The notes: generated from the letters alone by a model not told the origin. A stretch of DNA of 64,000 bases from Bdellovibrionales bacterium (GCA_965199825.1 OZ241329.1:896001-960000), one strand, 5' to 3'; shown: positions 49,802 to 60,259, counted from the stretch's first letter. Translations and numbers: made by a program.

Positions 49802-52800
49802 ATGAACAATTTTGAAGTCGAACCATTTCCATTAAGAACAATCGAAACTCTCGAAAGATTTTTGAGCCGTCCACCTTTGATAAAAGAAATGGTTGGCTCA
49901 ACCAATCTCTCTTTTTTGTCGCATCTCCTGAGTCAACGCCGCCTCAATCTCGAAAGACCAGTGGTGCTCGTGGTCGCAACCGACAAAGAGGCCGAATCAT
50001 TAGTCACCAACCTCAAATTTTTTGATCCCACCATCGCACCAATTATTTTGCCGGGATTTGATGTTTCGCCCTACTCGCAACTTTATCCCAATCGAAAAGT
50101 CGTGGCAGATCGCCTCCACTGGCTCTACCGCGCTCAGCACGCCAAGCCTCCAGATATTTTTATCGCCACCATCTCAGGACTACTGCAAAAAACTTTGCCC
50201 TTTGAGGTGCTCTCGCAAAACGAACTCGCCTTTCGGGTCTCCGAAAATCTTCCAGATGATCTTGCAAAAACACTGCTTCATTTAGGATATCAAGCCGAAC
50301 CCTTGGTCGAAGATGTCGGAACCTTTTCGATTCGCGGCTCGATCGTCGATATCTTTTCGCCAGCCCATCGGCGGGCTCTCCGGTTTGAACTTTTTGGCGA
50401 CACGATTGAGAGCATCAAAGAATTTGACCCCGCTACCCAACGCAGCATCGGTAACCTAAAGATCGCTCACATCATTCCCGCCCACGAAGTTTTGTTGCGC
50501 GATGACAGTTTGCAAAGTGCGGCTCAAGCCCTTCGTCAGAGTTGCGCTTCACGCGGAGTTCTCAACGAGGATGCAAAAACAATTTTAAGTTCGCTCACCA
50601 AAGGGCAGTACTTTTACGGAATCGAATTTTTACTTCAAAATTTTTATCCAAAGCCTGCGCAGCCCTTGGAGCATTTTAGTTTACCCATCGAAATGTGGTG
50701 GATCGATTCGATCGCAATCGTAACAGCTGCCGACAAGATTCATGCGCAACTCAAAACCGAATTTGAAGAGTCTGTGGGAGCTATTATCCGCCCCGAACCC
50801 CAAGATCTGTATGTCACGGTCGAGCAGCTTGAAGCTCCACCCGAAAGTTTTGAAACAAAGCTCAGTGGAATTCAAATCGGCGATACCGATGAAGGTATTT
50901 ATTCGGTTCAAGTCAAAGATCTCAACGAGATCACTCAGCAAACCAAAGCTCTTCATGGAAAGCCCCAGGAGCTTCAGACCTATCTTACCGAACGCATCAA
51001 AAATTTTAAATCTCAAGGTCAGCGTGTTTTTGTCGCAACAAGTACTCTGACTCAAGGCCAAAGACTTTATGCATTTTTGGAGCGCTGTGGGTTTCATCCG
51101 CAGTTGGTGAACGAAGAAAAATATGCTTGGACCCAATGGGTAAACGATCAGCAAGATGATATCGACCGCATCACATTGATCCCCCATTTTTTAAATGAAA
51201 GTTTTCGTTGGGTCGAAGAAGACATTGTCTTTTTGCGCGACGAAGATTTTTTTGGCCAAAAACGGGCGCGGCGCGAATACAAAGAAACCGGCACCCTTGA
51301 AGCCCGCACCGGCACTCTCAGTTTTGGTGATTTAAAAACCGGTGATTTTATTGTTCACAAACTTCATGGCATTGGAATCTACGAAGGCCTCAAAGTGATG
51401 CCCATTGGTGGAGTCGACGCCGAATTTATTCAGCTGTCTTACAAAGACAAAGATCGATTGTACCTTCCTGTTTATCGAATCGCTCAAATTCAAAAATACA
51501 CCGGCCCCACTTCGCCGGGTTTATTAGATAAATTGGGTGGGCTTGGTTGGGAAAAAACAAAAACCAAAGTTCGAAGTCATCTGCGTGATGTGGCCTCCGA
51601 TTTACTAAAACTTTATGCCACCCGCGCCCAAACTCAGCGCCCGCCATTTTTGGCAAACGACGACGAGTTTTATTCTTTCGAAGCCGCATTTCCCTATGAC
51701 GAAACACCCGATCAAATGCGCGCCATCGGCGACATCGTAAAAGATATGACGAGCGATAAGCCCATGGATCGTTTGATTTGTGGCGATGTGGGTTTTGGTA
51801 AAACAGAGATTGCGATGCGAGCCATCTTTAAAGCCACACAAAGTGGCAAACAAGTGGGGGTGATTGCACCCACCACCGTTTTGACCTTTCAACATTTCGA
51901 AACTTTTCAAAAACGATTTAAAAAATGGCCCCTCAATATTCGAAGCCTCAACCGCTTCGTCAGTAAAAAAGAACAGACCGAAACTTTAAAAGGATTAAAA
52001 TCAGGCCAAGTCGATATCTTGATCGGCACCCACCGTCTGTTGAGTAAAGATGTTCAGTTTAAAGATTTAGGTTTGCTCGTTATCGACGAAGAACAAAAAT
52101 TTGGGGTGCGCCACAAAGAGCGCCTACGACAAATGAAGCACAGCGTGGACACTCTTGCGATGTCTGCAACACCCATTCCCCGCACTCTCAATATGTCGCT
52201 GATGGGAATTCGCGATTTGAGTATTATCAACACCGCACCTGTTGATCGTTTGCCCACACGCACCTTTGTTTGCAAGTTTGATAAGGATACCATTCGCAAA
52301 GCGGTGATGGGCGAAGTGGCGCGCGGAGGACAGGTTTATTTTATTCATAACCGAGTCCAAAGTATTTACGGCCTTGCTGATGAATTGCGTGCCCTTTTGC
52401 CAGAAGTAAAAATGCGAGTGGCCCACGGCCAGATGGACGAAGGGACACTCGAAGAAACCATGCTCGCCTTTTTCCATCACGAGATCGATATGCTTGTGTG
52501 CACTGCCATTGTCGAAAGCGGAATGGATGTGTCGATTGCCAACACCATGTTTATCGATAACGCCCAACAATTTGGATTGAGTCAGCTGTATCAATTGCGT
52601 GGACGCGTGGGCCGATCGAAAGAGCGCGCCTATTGTTATTTGTTGATTCCCCCTCACGGCCGCATCGAAAAAGATGCGCAAGAGCGTCTCAAAGTTTTAC
52701 AAGAAAACACAGCCCTCGGCAGTGGGATTCGGATTGCGCATTATGATCTTGAACTTCGCGGAGCAGGCGATTTATTAGGCGAAACTCAGTCCGGTCATAT

Positions 52801-53314
52801 TCAAGCGGTGGGTTACGAATTGTATTTAGAACTTTTAGAAGATGCAGTTGCCGATTTGCGTGGTGACGTCGACGTCAAAGAAGATCTCGAACCCGAGATC
52901 AATGTGCGGATCGCAGCTCTCATTCCTGATTCTTATATTCCAGATATTCGCATGCGCTTATCTTACTACAAAGCTCTCTCACAAATCGATGGGCCCGAAG
53001 ATTTGGAGCGCATCGAAGATGAACTGCGCGATCAGTTTGGCAAACCACCAGAGCAAGTGATGAATCTGATGGGGCTCATGCTGATTCGCAAGATGTGCAA
53101 AAATTTAAGCATTCGCGATTTGAGTTCGGGCAAAGCCCAGATCTCTTTGTCGTTTACCGAACACACCAAACTGGGTGCAAAAACCGTCATCGAGCTCGCT
53201 TCAAGACAAAACAAAAAATATGCTCTGACTCCGGATAACCGTTTGAACATTCGGATGAATGAAATCACCTGGCCGCGAATTTATGACGAGCTCAATTATT
53301 TGGATGGGCTTTGA
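49802..53314 (+). CDS. mfd: Transcription-repair coupling factor
   Basis: UvrB homology, CarD/RID, GDVGFGKTE, DEEQ, SATPIPRTL, QLRGRVGR, TRCF tail. Confidence 0.98.
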   Translation: MNNFEVEPFPLRTIETLERFLSRPPLIKEMVGSTNLSFLSHLLSQRRLNLERPVVLVVATDKEAESLVTNLKFFDPTIAPIILPGFDVSPYSQLYPNRKVVADRLHWLYRAQHAKPPDIFIATISGLLQKTLPFEVLSQNELAFRVSENLPDDLAKTLLHLGYQAEPLVEDVGTFSIRGSIVDIFSPAHRRALRFELFGDTIESIKEFDPATQRSIGNLKIAHIIPAHEVLLRDDSLQSAAQALRQSCASRGVLNEDAKTILSSLTKGQYFYGIEFLLQNFYPKPAQPLEHFSLPIEMWWIDSIAIVTAADKIHAQLKTEFEESVGAIIRPEPQDLYVTVEQLEAPPESFETKLSGIQIGDTDEGIYSVQVKDLNEITQQTKALHGKPQELQTYLTERIKNFKSQGQRVFVATSTLTQGQRLYAFLERCGFHPQLVNEEKYAWTQWVNDQQDDIDRITLIPHFLNESFRWVEEDIVFLRDEDFFGQKRARREYKETGTLEARTGTLSFGDLKTGDFIVHKLHGIGIYEGLKVMPIGGVDAEFIQLSYKDKDRLYLPVYRIAQIQKYTGPTSPGLLDKLGGLGWEKTKTKVRSHLRDVASDLLKLYATRAQTQRPPFLANDDEFYSFEAAFPYDETPDQMRAIGDIVKDMTSDKPMDRLICGDVGFGKTEIAMRAIFKATQSGKQVGVIAPTTVLTFQHFETFQKRFKKWPLNIRSLNRFVSKKEQTETLKGLKSGQVDILIGTHRLLSKDVQFKDLGLLVIDEEQKFGVRHKERLRQMKHSVDTLAMSATPIPRTLNMSLMGIRDLSIINTAPVDRLPTRTFVCKFDKDTIRKAVMGEVARGGQVYFIHNRVQSIYGLADELRALLPEVKMRVAHGQMDEGTLEETMLAFFHHEIDMLVCTAIVESGMDVSIANTMFIDNAQQFGLSQLYQLRGRVGRSKERAYCYLLIPPHGRIEKDAQERLKVLQENTALGSGIRIAHYDLELRGAGDLLGETQSGHIQAVGYELYLELLEDAVADLRGDVDVKEDLEPEINVRIAALIPDSYIPDIRMRLSYYKALSQIDGPEDLERIEDELRDQFGKPPEQVMNLMGLMLIRKMCKNLSIRDLSSGKAQISLSFTEHTKLGAKTVIELASRQNKKYALTPDNRLNIRMNEITWPRIYDELNYLDGL

Positions 53315-53561
53315 GGTGAGCGCTGATCGATTAGGGTTTCTAAATGATTGAGTTTTGAAATCTTTTGGCTCTTTTTAGCATTGAGCTTAAAGGCTTCTCA
53401 TACCCAGCTCCCTCGATGTGAACGAAGGTAAAAATCAATCTGTTCGACCTCTATTTAAGAGCTCACGGCGGCTCAAACCCCGCGCTCATCGCCAAACCTT
53501 TAAAGACTAACCTAAAATTTCCTTAGCGCGCAGTCCGTATGTCGGCTACCGTGACCACGAG

Positions 53562-54557
53562 GTGATTATGATATTGGGTGTACTGTTCGGTTTTATACTT
53601 TTTTTGTTTATACGATTTATTGCCACATCCTTTTATACGGTCGACCAAAACGAGCGCGCGATCAAAACCAGATTTGGGCGGGCTGAACGATTAAACGAGC
53701 TCACAACACTCACAGATCCAATTTCAGATTCGCTCGATCAGGAAGATAAACAGCGCTACATTTATCCGCAAGTTCGGGTGATCAATCCGGGCGGTCCATT
53801 TTTCAAATGGCCGTGGGAAAAGATTTATAAAGTCAGCATCGCCACCCAAACTTTGAACATGGCTTATGATCCGATGGAACCGCTCGCAAACGAGGCGGGC
53901 ACGGTGCTCGCTGCGGTGACGAAAGATCAATTGAACACCGGGCTGAGTGGACAAATTCGTTATAAAGTTTGTGAGCGCAATCTTTATGCTTATTTTTTTG
54001 GTGTGAAGCGACCCATTGCGCATGTGATGGGATATTTTGTTTCGATCTTGCGTGAGCGCATCGCAAACTTTGATGCAAACTCAATTAAGACCACTCAGCC
54101 GCCTACCGATCTGCTCACCGAATCGGCTTCGGTGATTGGTGTTTCGATCAACGATTTGCGAAAAAATTTGCGCGACCTCAACAATCATATGGAGCTTGAG
54201 TGTTTGAGTTCTGGAGCACGCTACGGCATGACCTTGGAATCCTCACTCATCACCGGCATTGATCCACCTCCCGAAGTCGAGTCGGCACTGGCCGCGATCA
54301 ACACTGCTCACAACCAAGTGTCCTCCGATATCAGCCTGGCTCAAGCCAGTGCCGATCAAAAAATTGTGCAGTCACGAAGGGCGGTCGAGATCGAAACCTT
54401 GAAAGCCCAAGCCGAAGTCGAACCTCTGATTCGACTAGCTTCGCAGCTGGCAGATTTAAAAAAATCAGGTCTTGGCGCTCTTGCCGCCTATCAAAGAGAT
54501 ATTCGCTTGAGTTTGCTCACCCAGGCCGCCCAAGTATTTTTAGGGATTAAAAAATGA
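53562..54557 (+). CDS. SPFH/band 7 domain membrane protein
   Basis: N-terminal TM, YTV..NERAI..RFG, TKDQL, IDPP.EV, Ala/Gln-rich coiled coil. Confidence 0.8.
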   Translation: MIMILGVLFGFILFLFIRFIATSFYTVDQNERAIKTRFGRAERLNELTTLTDPISDSLDQEDKQRYIYPQVRVINPGGPFFKWPWEKIYKVSIATQTLNMAYDPMEPLANEAGTVLAAVTKDQLNTGLSGQIRYKVCERNLYAYFFGVKRPIAHVMGYFVSILRERIANFDANSIKTTQPPTDLLTESASVIGVSINDLRKNLRDLNNHMELECLSSGARYGMTLESSLITGIDPPPEVESALAAINTAHNQVSSDISLAQASADQKIVQSRRAVEIETLKAQAEVEPLIRLASQLADLKKSGLGALAAYQRDIRLSLLTQAAQVFLGIKK

Positions 54558-55456
54558 TCATCTCTTTTTTCACAACTGTAGCTCTCAGCTTTTTTTGTTT
54601 TATGATTTTAACCCCATTGATTTTGGGAATGGGCCGCTTGCTCGGCCTTTACACAATCGTCAACGAACGCGAATGTCAGGTGTATGTTTTGTTTGGAAAA
54701 GTGGTTGGGGTGATCAATCAACCCGGACTTTATTTTCCTTTTGCAAAATTTGGATCCAGAGCTTTGATTATGAATTGGCTCGGAAAACAATACCGTCTCG
54801 ATTTGCGTTTGGATCAAGAATATTTAAGAAGCCTACCCGTAAACTCTGAAGAGGGCGCGCCAATGGGAATTGGCATTTGGTACGAAATGGTTGTGAGCGA
54901 TCCGGTGGCCTATCTTTTTAAAAACGCCGATCCGCGCGGATCTCTGAGTGCAAACGTGAGCAACTCGGTGGTGCGTTGCCTCAGCAATCTTCCTCTGGCC
55001 GAAATGCTCGCAAACCGTCATGCGATGAGTCGCACGGTACGCGCCGAGGTTTCACCAAAATCGGAAGAATGGGGCTATCAATTGGGCTCGGCCTATGTTC
55101 GCAAAGTTCATTTTCGCGATACAGGCATGATCACCCAAATTGAAAGTAAAGTTGTAAACCGACTTCGTCAGGTGACCTCGGCCATCAAACAAGACGGCGC
55201 AAACCAAGTGAGCATTATTGCAAGCACTGCCGATCGCCAAGCCGCGGTTGAGTTTGCAAAAGCAGGAGCCATTCGTCCTTCGATTGTGGGCGAGGCCTTA
55301 CAAAAAATTTCTCAAGACCAAGAAGTGGCATCGGCCATGTTTGATGTTTTAGAAAATCAAAATATTTTATCGAGCAAAGCTCGGCTGACCTTTGTTCCCG
55401 AAGATGCAAGTGCACTCACCGCTCTACTTGCGAGTCGAGCGCCAGGAGTTATTTAA
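54554..55456 (+). CDS. SPFH/band 7 domain membrane protein (partner)
   Basis: N-terminal TM, YTIV.ERE...FGK..PGL, WGY; ATGA overlap with previous gene. Confidence 0.8.
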   Translation: MIISFFTTVALSFFCFMILTPLILGMGRLLGLYTIVNERECQVYVLFGKVVGVINQPGLYFPFAKFGSRALIMNWLGKQYRLDLRLDQEYLRSLPVNSEEGAPMGIGIWYEMVVSDPVAYLFKNADPRGSLSANVSNSVVRCLSNLPLAEMLANRHAMSRTVRAEVSPKSEEWGYQLGSAYVRKVHFRDTGMITQIESKVVNRLRQVTSAIKQDGANQVSIIASTADRQAAVEFAKAGAIRPSIVGEALQKISQDQEVASAMFDVLENQNILSSKARLTFVPEDASALTALLASRAPGVI

Positions 55457-56453
55457 TGGCCCGCTCGAGTGCGTGTTTATAAAGTGGATCGTAGTACCAC
55501 ATCAAAAGTTTACGAATCCAATTTCGATTGGATTCAAGGCCATGACCTGCCGAAAACTCTTGCTCGCTTATAGTCAGATCTTTAACAATTTCTTGAGTTC
55601 GTACACCACCCAATCGACGAGAGATGGCTTGGACGGATACGCGAAATTCAATGAATCTCTGCATATCCTGATTTCTGCCAAGACTTGAATTCACCACATA
55701 GTCTTCAAAAATATTTTCAACCCGAGTTTCGAGTGGAACATCTAAAAAAATTCTTTCACTCGATTGCATTTTGGAAAACAAAACCGAAGGGATTAATCGA
55801 TGTCCGATCTGTGGACTTTCATCTTCAATAAGAATTGTTTGATTCTTTAATCTTAAAAGATCAACGATCAGAGCATTTTCAAAATTAGCCTGAGTGGGTT
55901 GAGGCTCAGACATGGCTCCAAAAGCAGAGCCGCGATGTTTTGCTAACTTTTCTAAATCCAAAGCCGGTCGATTTGCTAAATATTTTGTTTTGCCTGACCC
56001 TGTAGGCCCACTCACCACTCGAAATTGGATCGAGTCGACCACCGGCTTGAGGGCCGCGAGCAAAAAATTTCTGAGCGCTTTGTAACCACCTGAAATAATC
56101 GGAACTTCTACGCCTTGGTTGGCCAACCAATTTTGGACCGTCTGACTGCGAAGACCACCGCGAAAACAATAAAGCACAGAGTCAGGCTGCGACCTCACAG
56201 TCGCCATCCACCGTGAAAGACGATCTTCACGAACTTCACCGCTCACAAGTCGATGACCCAATTCGATTGCGGCGGGTTGCCCTTGAGTTTTATATGTTAG
56301 CCCCACATCATGCCGTTCGCTGTTCATGAGCAAAGGTAAATTGATGGCCTGTGGTATTGCCCCTTCACCAAATTCGATGGGAGCCCGAACATCGATCCAT
56401 TGGGTTCGATTTAAAAAAAGTTTTTCAAATTGATCAGGTAGAATCTCGTTCAC
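55449..56453 (-). CDS. selU: tRNA 2-selenouridine synthase (MnmH/YbbB)
   Basis: Rhodanese IDVRAPIEF, YCFRGGLRS; P-loop GPTGSGKT; HRGSAFG; YYDP.Y. Confidence 0.95.
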   Translation of the reverse strand: MNEILPDQFEKLFLNRTQWIDVRAPIEFGEGAIPQAINLPLLMNSERHDVGLTYKTQGQPAAIELGHRLVSGEVREDRLSRWMATVRSQPDSVLYCFRGGLRSQTVQNWLANQGVEVPIISGGYKALRNFLLAALKPVVDSIQFRVVSGPTGSGKTKYLANRPALDLEKLAKHRGSAFGAMSEPQPTQANFENALIVDLLRLKNQTILIEDESPQIGHRLIPSVLFSKMQSSERIFLDVPLETRVENIFEDYVVNSSLGRNQDMQRFIEFRVSVQAISRRLGGVRTQEIVKDLTISEQEFSAGHGLESNRNWIRKLLMWYYDPLYKHALERAIK

Positions 56454-57499
56454 AATAGATTAAGAGCATATTGTTTTAGAGGTTGAACAGATCCAATAAT
56501 TTCTGCAAATAAAAATCGTTTGCGAATCTGGGCAAGAATTTGCGGAGCAGACTGAGAGTCCACCGCGAGCAACAAGCCCCCACTGGTTTGCGGATCAAAA
56601 ACCAATTGCTGAAGTTCAGCACTCTGAGATTCTAGCGCAATCTGCCCTTCAACATATTCTCGATTAGTTCGATGCGCTTTGGTCAAAAAACCTTTTTTTA
56701 TAAATTCGAGCGCTCTTTCAAACCGTGGCAGAGCAGCCGTTTTGATATGTAAACTCACCCCACTTGCCCGAGCCATATTGAGAGCGTGGCCACATAAACC
56801 AAAACCGGTGATATCTGTTGCGGCGTGGATATTATTTTGGAGCTCAGGCGAGATCGCTGTCGCGACATCGTTGAGTAAACACATGCTGTCGAGAGCATCC
56901 TGAATTTCAGCCTCACTCACTTCGCCGCGCTTTAATGCCGCTGTGAGTGTTCCCGTGCCTAAAGGCTTTGTTAAAATGAGTGTATCACCCGCTTTTGCGC
57001 AGGCGTTGGACCACACATGATCGGGATGCACAAAGCCCGTGACCGAGAGTCCAAACTTCATTGTGTCATCGTCGATGGTATGTCCACCCACAAGAGCCGC
57101 GCCGGATTGAGCAATGGTATCACTCGCTCCTTGCAAAACATCCACCGCGATTGATGTGTCCAAGGTTGCCAATGGAAACGCAAAAATCGCCATCGCCGTT
57201 TTTGGAATTGCACCCATCGCATAGACATCACTCAAGGCATTCGCACTGGCGATGCGACCAAACAAAAAAGGTGTATCTACAATAGGAGTAAAAAAATCGA
57301 GAGTCTGCACCAATGCCAAGTCTTTTGAGTCAGCAGGCATACGATAAACCGCAGCATCATCAAAAGTCCCCGCACCTATGATAAGCTCTGGTGGCGCCTT
57401 TGGAAACGTCACTTGAGCGAGGATTTTTCGAAGCTCCGTCGCTGCAACTTTAGCAGCGCATCCGCCTTTTTGAACTGTCTGAGTTAATCTTATTTTCAT
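56450..57499 (-). CDS. selD: Selenide, water dikinase (Cys form)
   Basis: GGCAAK (TGC Cys codon), DDAAV, DFFTP, ANALSDVYAMG, TDITGFGL, DPQTSGGLL. Confidence 0.96.
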   Translation of the reverse strand: MKIRLTQTVQKGGCAAKVAATELRKILAQVTFPKAPPELIIGAGTFDDAAVYRMPADSKDLALVQTLDFFTPIVDTPFLFGRIASANALSDVYAMGAIPKTAMAIFAFPLATLDTSIAVDVLQGASDTIAQSGAALVGGHTIDDDTMKFGLSVTGFVHPDHVWSNACAKAGDTLILTKPLGTGTLTAALKRGEVSEAEIQDALDSMCLLNDVATAISPELQNNIHAATDITGFGLCGHALNMARASGVSLHIKTAALPRFERALEFIKKGFLTKAHRTNREYVEGQIALESQSAELQQLVFDPQTSGGLLLAVDSQSAPQILAQIRKRFLFAEIIGSVQPLKQYALNLL

Positions 57500-57711
57500 G
57501 GGCGAACACTCGCATAAGGATTTGCAAAAAGCACTTGGCGATTTGGACACCGGTTGTGAGCTGCTCAGCGCATTTTTTTAGTGGGAATAGCTGTGGTTGG
57601 GACCGGCGAAGCCTGGGCCGCTCGGGATTATTGAAGGCAGGTTTGGTACTAGTTTATATGAAATCGTAGAGCCATTGATGTTCTTAAATATGCGATGCGA
57701 ACGATGGTACA

Positions 57712-57907
57712 AGCGGGCACGACATTCAGAGCGGGCACGACATTCAGAGCGGGCACGACATTCAGAGCGGGCACGACATTCAGAGCGGGCACGACATTCA
57801 GAGCGGGCACGACATTCAGAGCGGGCACGACATTCAGAGCGGGCACGACATTCAGAGCGGGCACGACATTCAGAGCGGGCACGACATTCAGAGCGGGCAC
57901 GACATTC
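57712..57907 (+). repeat. Perfect 18-bp tandem array (AGCGGGCACGACATTCAG) x10.9
   Basis: 10 identical units plus 16/18 of an 11th; no spacers. Confidence 0.97.
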
Positions 57908-57992
57908 GTGTTATCGGAACTTACAAATCTGTAATATCTGCCAAACAGTATTGCTAAATGTAATTGGCGATTAAGGAGTGTTAAAATAGTTT

Positions 57993-58616
57993 ATGTTTAT
58001 CGTTTTTAGTTTTTTAATTTCATATTTTAGTTTGGCTCAGGCTTCTGTCATCTCCCACTCTTGTGAACAATCATTGCACGGCTTTCCTGCAAATTGGGGA
58101 TTGACCATAAAACTTTTTACTCAGATGAGCAGATCGCCAAAATTTGGGGAGCAGTTCGCAGATCTGATTGAGTTTGTGAGGTTGTGTGAGGAGTCATCCA
58201 AGCAGGAATTAAATCTGATATTATGGTCAACTTGGAAGCCAGGAATGACCCATGTGCAGCTTGAACATCTTGTTCAAAAAACATTGGATTTTTATCGATC
58301 TCCGGTCATTAATCAAAACGTAACATTGAAAACACTATTAGCCGTTCGAACCGAACTTAAAGAACTTAATAAATATAAAGGTACCAATATAATTCCATTG
58401 GAGGAATCTAGAACGTTGGACATGAAAGCCGTAATCCAATCTATAAAGGAGACCGCGAATTTTGCTGAAGAGTCACACACGTATGAATTAGTGAGAGACA
58501 TTACCGATGTGTCAAAAATCTTATTTAACAACGATTACCAGGCTATCTTAAACTCACTACGTGAGCACGTTCGGTCGCAGATACAAAAGAAAACCTTGGA
58601 ATTTCAATTATTTTAA
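57993..58616 (+). CDS. Hypothetical exported protein, AT-rich
   Basis: Signal peptide (AQA-S), SHSCEQSL; AAGGAG and TGTTAAAAT upstream. Confidence 0.7.
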   Translation: MFIVFSFLISYFSLAQASVISHSCEQSLHGFPANWGLTIKLFTQMSRSPKFGEQFADLIEFVRLCEESSKQELNLILWSTWKPGMTHVQLEHLVQKTLDFYRSPVINQNVTLKTLLAVRTELKELNKYKGTNIIPLEESRTLDMKAVIQSIKETANFAEESHTYELVRDITDVSKILFNNDYQAILNSLREHVRSQIQKKTLEFQLF

Positions 58617-58728
58617 ATGCTGCGAACTCACTAACGATCGTGGTGGACATTCATCTTGTGAAATCGAACTTCAATCTAAAATGCCAACGAAGCGGCGAAC
58701 GGCATCTCGCCCGATGTGCAAAAGCCAA

Positions 58729-59469
58729 CTAATTCAGTTTTGAGATAAAATCCCGTAAACGGGTAATAAAAAGACCCGACAGGTGATGCTCTTCACAAAA
58801 TGCTTTTTCTAATTTTTCCATTCCTGGAGAAAGTTTAAATTGTTCAAGTGCTTGTTCTGATCCAGCTTGATTCAAATCAACAAACTGATCGAATAACTTA
58901 GTGTACTCAACACCCCAGTTTTGAATCTCATGTTTGATATCTAGTCGAAGTTGAGCAACATCTGTTGTAAGTGCAGCAGATGAATTCCAGAATTCATGCT
59001 TGATGCCATACTCAACCAACACGCTATCAACACTTGCGTTTACAAACGTTAAATATTTCTCTGCGGTTAGAGATAATCTAATTTCTTTTTCAACTTTTGA
59101 TTTGATATCTGGATTTTTACTGGATGAATTTATGAGAGCCTTTGTGATTGAGTAGCGGCCAGCGGGGCAATCATAACCAGTCCCTTCAATCCATTTCACA
59201 AAGTCGTCAATACATTTTCCATTTTGGGTAGCAGACTTTAAAACTTGTTCGGAAAATTGCCGGATCTCCTGCAGGATTTGAATCGCCCGATCAATTTTAT
59301 CTTCTGCAACTTCATGATCGACGTCATCTTTATCATTGATCCACCAAGTCTTAACTTCATCTGCATAAGCGTTACATTCGAGAATCATCTTTCGTTCGAA
59401 CACTGGTTCAATGCCGTAGGAGTTTAAAGAGAACATCACCAAAGAAACTAAACTTAAAATCTTTGGCAT
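58729..59469 (-). CDS. Hypothetical exported helical protein
   Basis: GAGGTG RBS then MPKILSLVSLVMFSLNSYG signal peptide. Confidence 0.7.
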   Translation of the reverse strand: MPKILSLVSLVMFSLNSYGIEPVFERKMILECNAYADEVKTWWINDKDDVDHEVAEDKIDRAIQILQEIRQFSEQVLKSATQNGKCIDDFVKWIEGTGYDCPAGRYSITKALINSSSKNPDIKSKVEKEIRLSLTAEKYLTFVNASVDSVLVEYGIKHEFWNSSAALTTDVAQLRLDIKHEIQNWGVEYTKLFDQFVDLNQAGSEQALEQFKLSPGMEKLEKAFCEEHHLSGLFITRLRDFISKLN

Positions 59470-59527
59470 CTCAGACACCTCATAACTCGAGCTCCTTTTC
59501 AATTTTAGTAGAGACCAATACATAGAA

Positions 59528-60259
59528 CTAAAACTCAAGGCGCATCCCCAGATTCCCATGAAAAGGGGAGCTGACATCTTCACCAGAAGGTTCAGAGCCA
59601 TTTAAAAAAGTGCGGGCTTCGAGATAAACAAAAGCACTCTCTAGACCCGAAGAGTTGTAAGCGGCACGCGCCGAATCGCGATCGATCCCGTCCAATTGAA
59701 CCTGTACCCCCGCAGTCATATAAGGCGCGATGCCTGTGTGACCATTTGGCGAGGCGACCGTCTCGCTATTTTCATAGTGAACGATGGTATAAACACCTGC
59801 GCTGACGTACGGAACAACATAAGGTTCAGCAAAGATCGTATCTAAATAAAATGCGCCACCGAGTCGAATTAACGTTGTGGTTAACGATGAGCCTGCATAA
59901 CTGCCTGTGCCCGAATCCTTACGAAAGCCGACGCCCACTTCAGCTCCCAAGGAACCAAAAGCCAAATTTCGTTTTACAACAAAGCTCGATTCAAACATTG
60001 GCATTTTGTTTTGATAAATATCATTATATTGAACTGCGATAGCATTGCCACCGCTGTCGCTGGTGAAGGATTCATAGTTTGACGGTTGATAGGTACTTCC
60101 ACCAAAAGCAATCGTCTTGCCCCAACGCGGACGGCGTTCGCGATAAGAATAAAGATTCAGAGCCGTTGGTAAGACCTCAACCAAATGAGGTTCGGTAAAA
60201 TCGATGATATCAACCGCGGCGAAAGCCTGAAAATAAAAAAGGCAAAACAGAATCCACAT
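59528..60259 (-). CDS. Putative small outer-membrane beta-barrel protein
   Basis: Signal peptide AFA; VVPYVSAG strand; terminal LEF. Confidence 0.7.
   Translation of the reverse strand: MWILFCLFYFQAFAAVDIIDFTEPHLVEVLPTALNLYSYRERRPRWGKTIAFGGSTYQPSNYESFTSDSGGNAIAVQYNDIYQNKMPMFESSFVVKRNLAFGSLGAEVGVGFRKDSGTGSYAGSSLTTTLIRLGGAFYLDTIFAEPYVVPYVSAGVYTIVHYENSETVASPNGHTGIAPYMTAGVQVQLDGIDRDSARAAYNSSGLESAFVYLEARTFLNGSEPSGEDVSSPFHGNLGMRLEF

Noticed and set aside
53895..53903. Partial motif matches (GCGGGCACG in SPFH; GGGCACGA near 2072, 9097 and 62909)
   Set aside because: 8-9 bp matches inside coding sequence are compatible with chance; not counted
57455..57465. Selenocysteine in SelD
   Set aside because: The active-site codon is TGC (Cys), not TGA
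57712..57907. CRISPR array
   Set aside because: Contiguous identical 18-bp units, no spacers, no cas genes in the window
57597..57974. Repeat-peptide ORFs (RARHSE, AGTTFR, PALNVV)
   Set aside because: Open frames are a by-product of an 18-bp unit; no RBS or domain support
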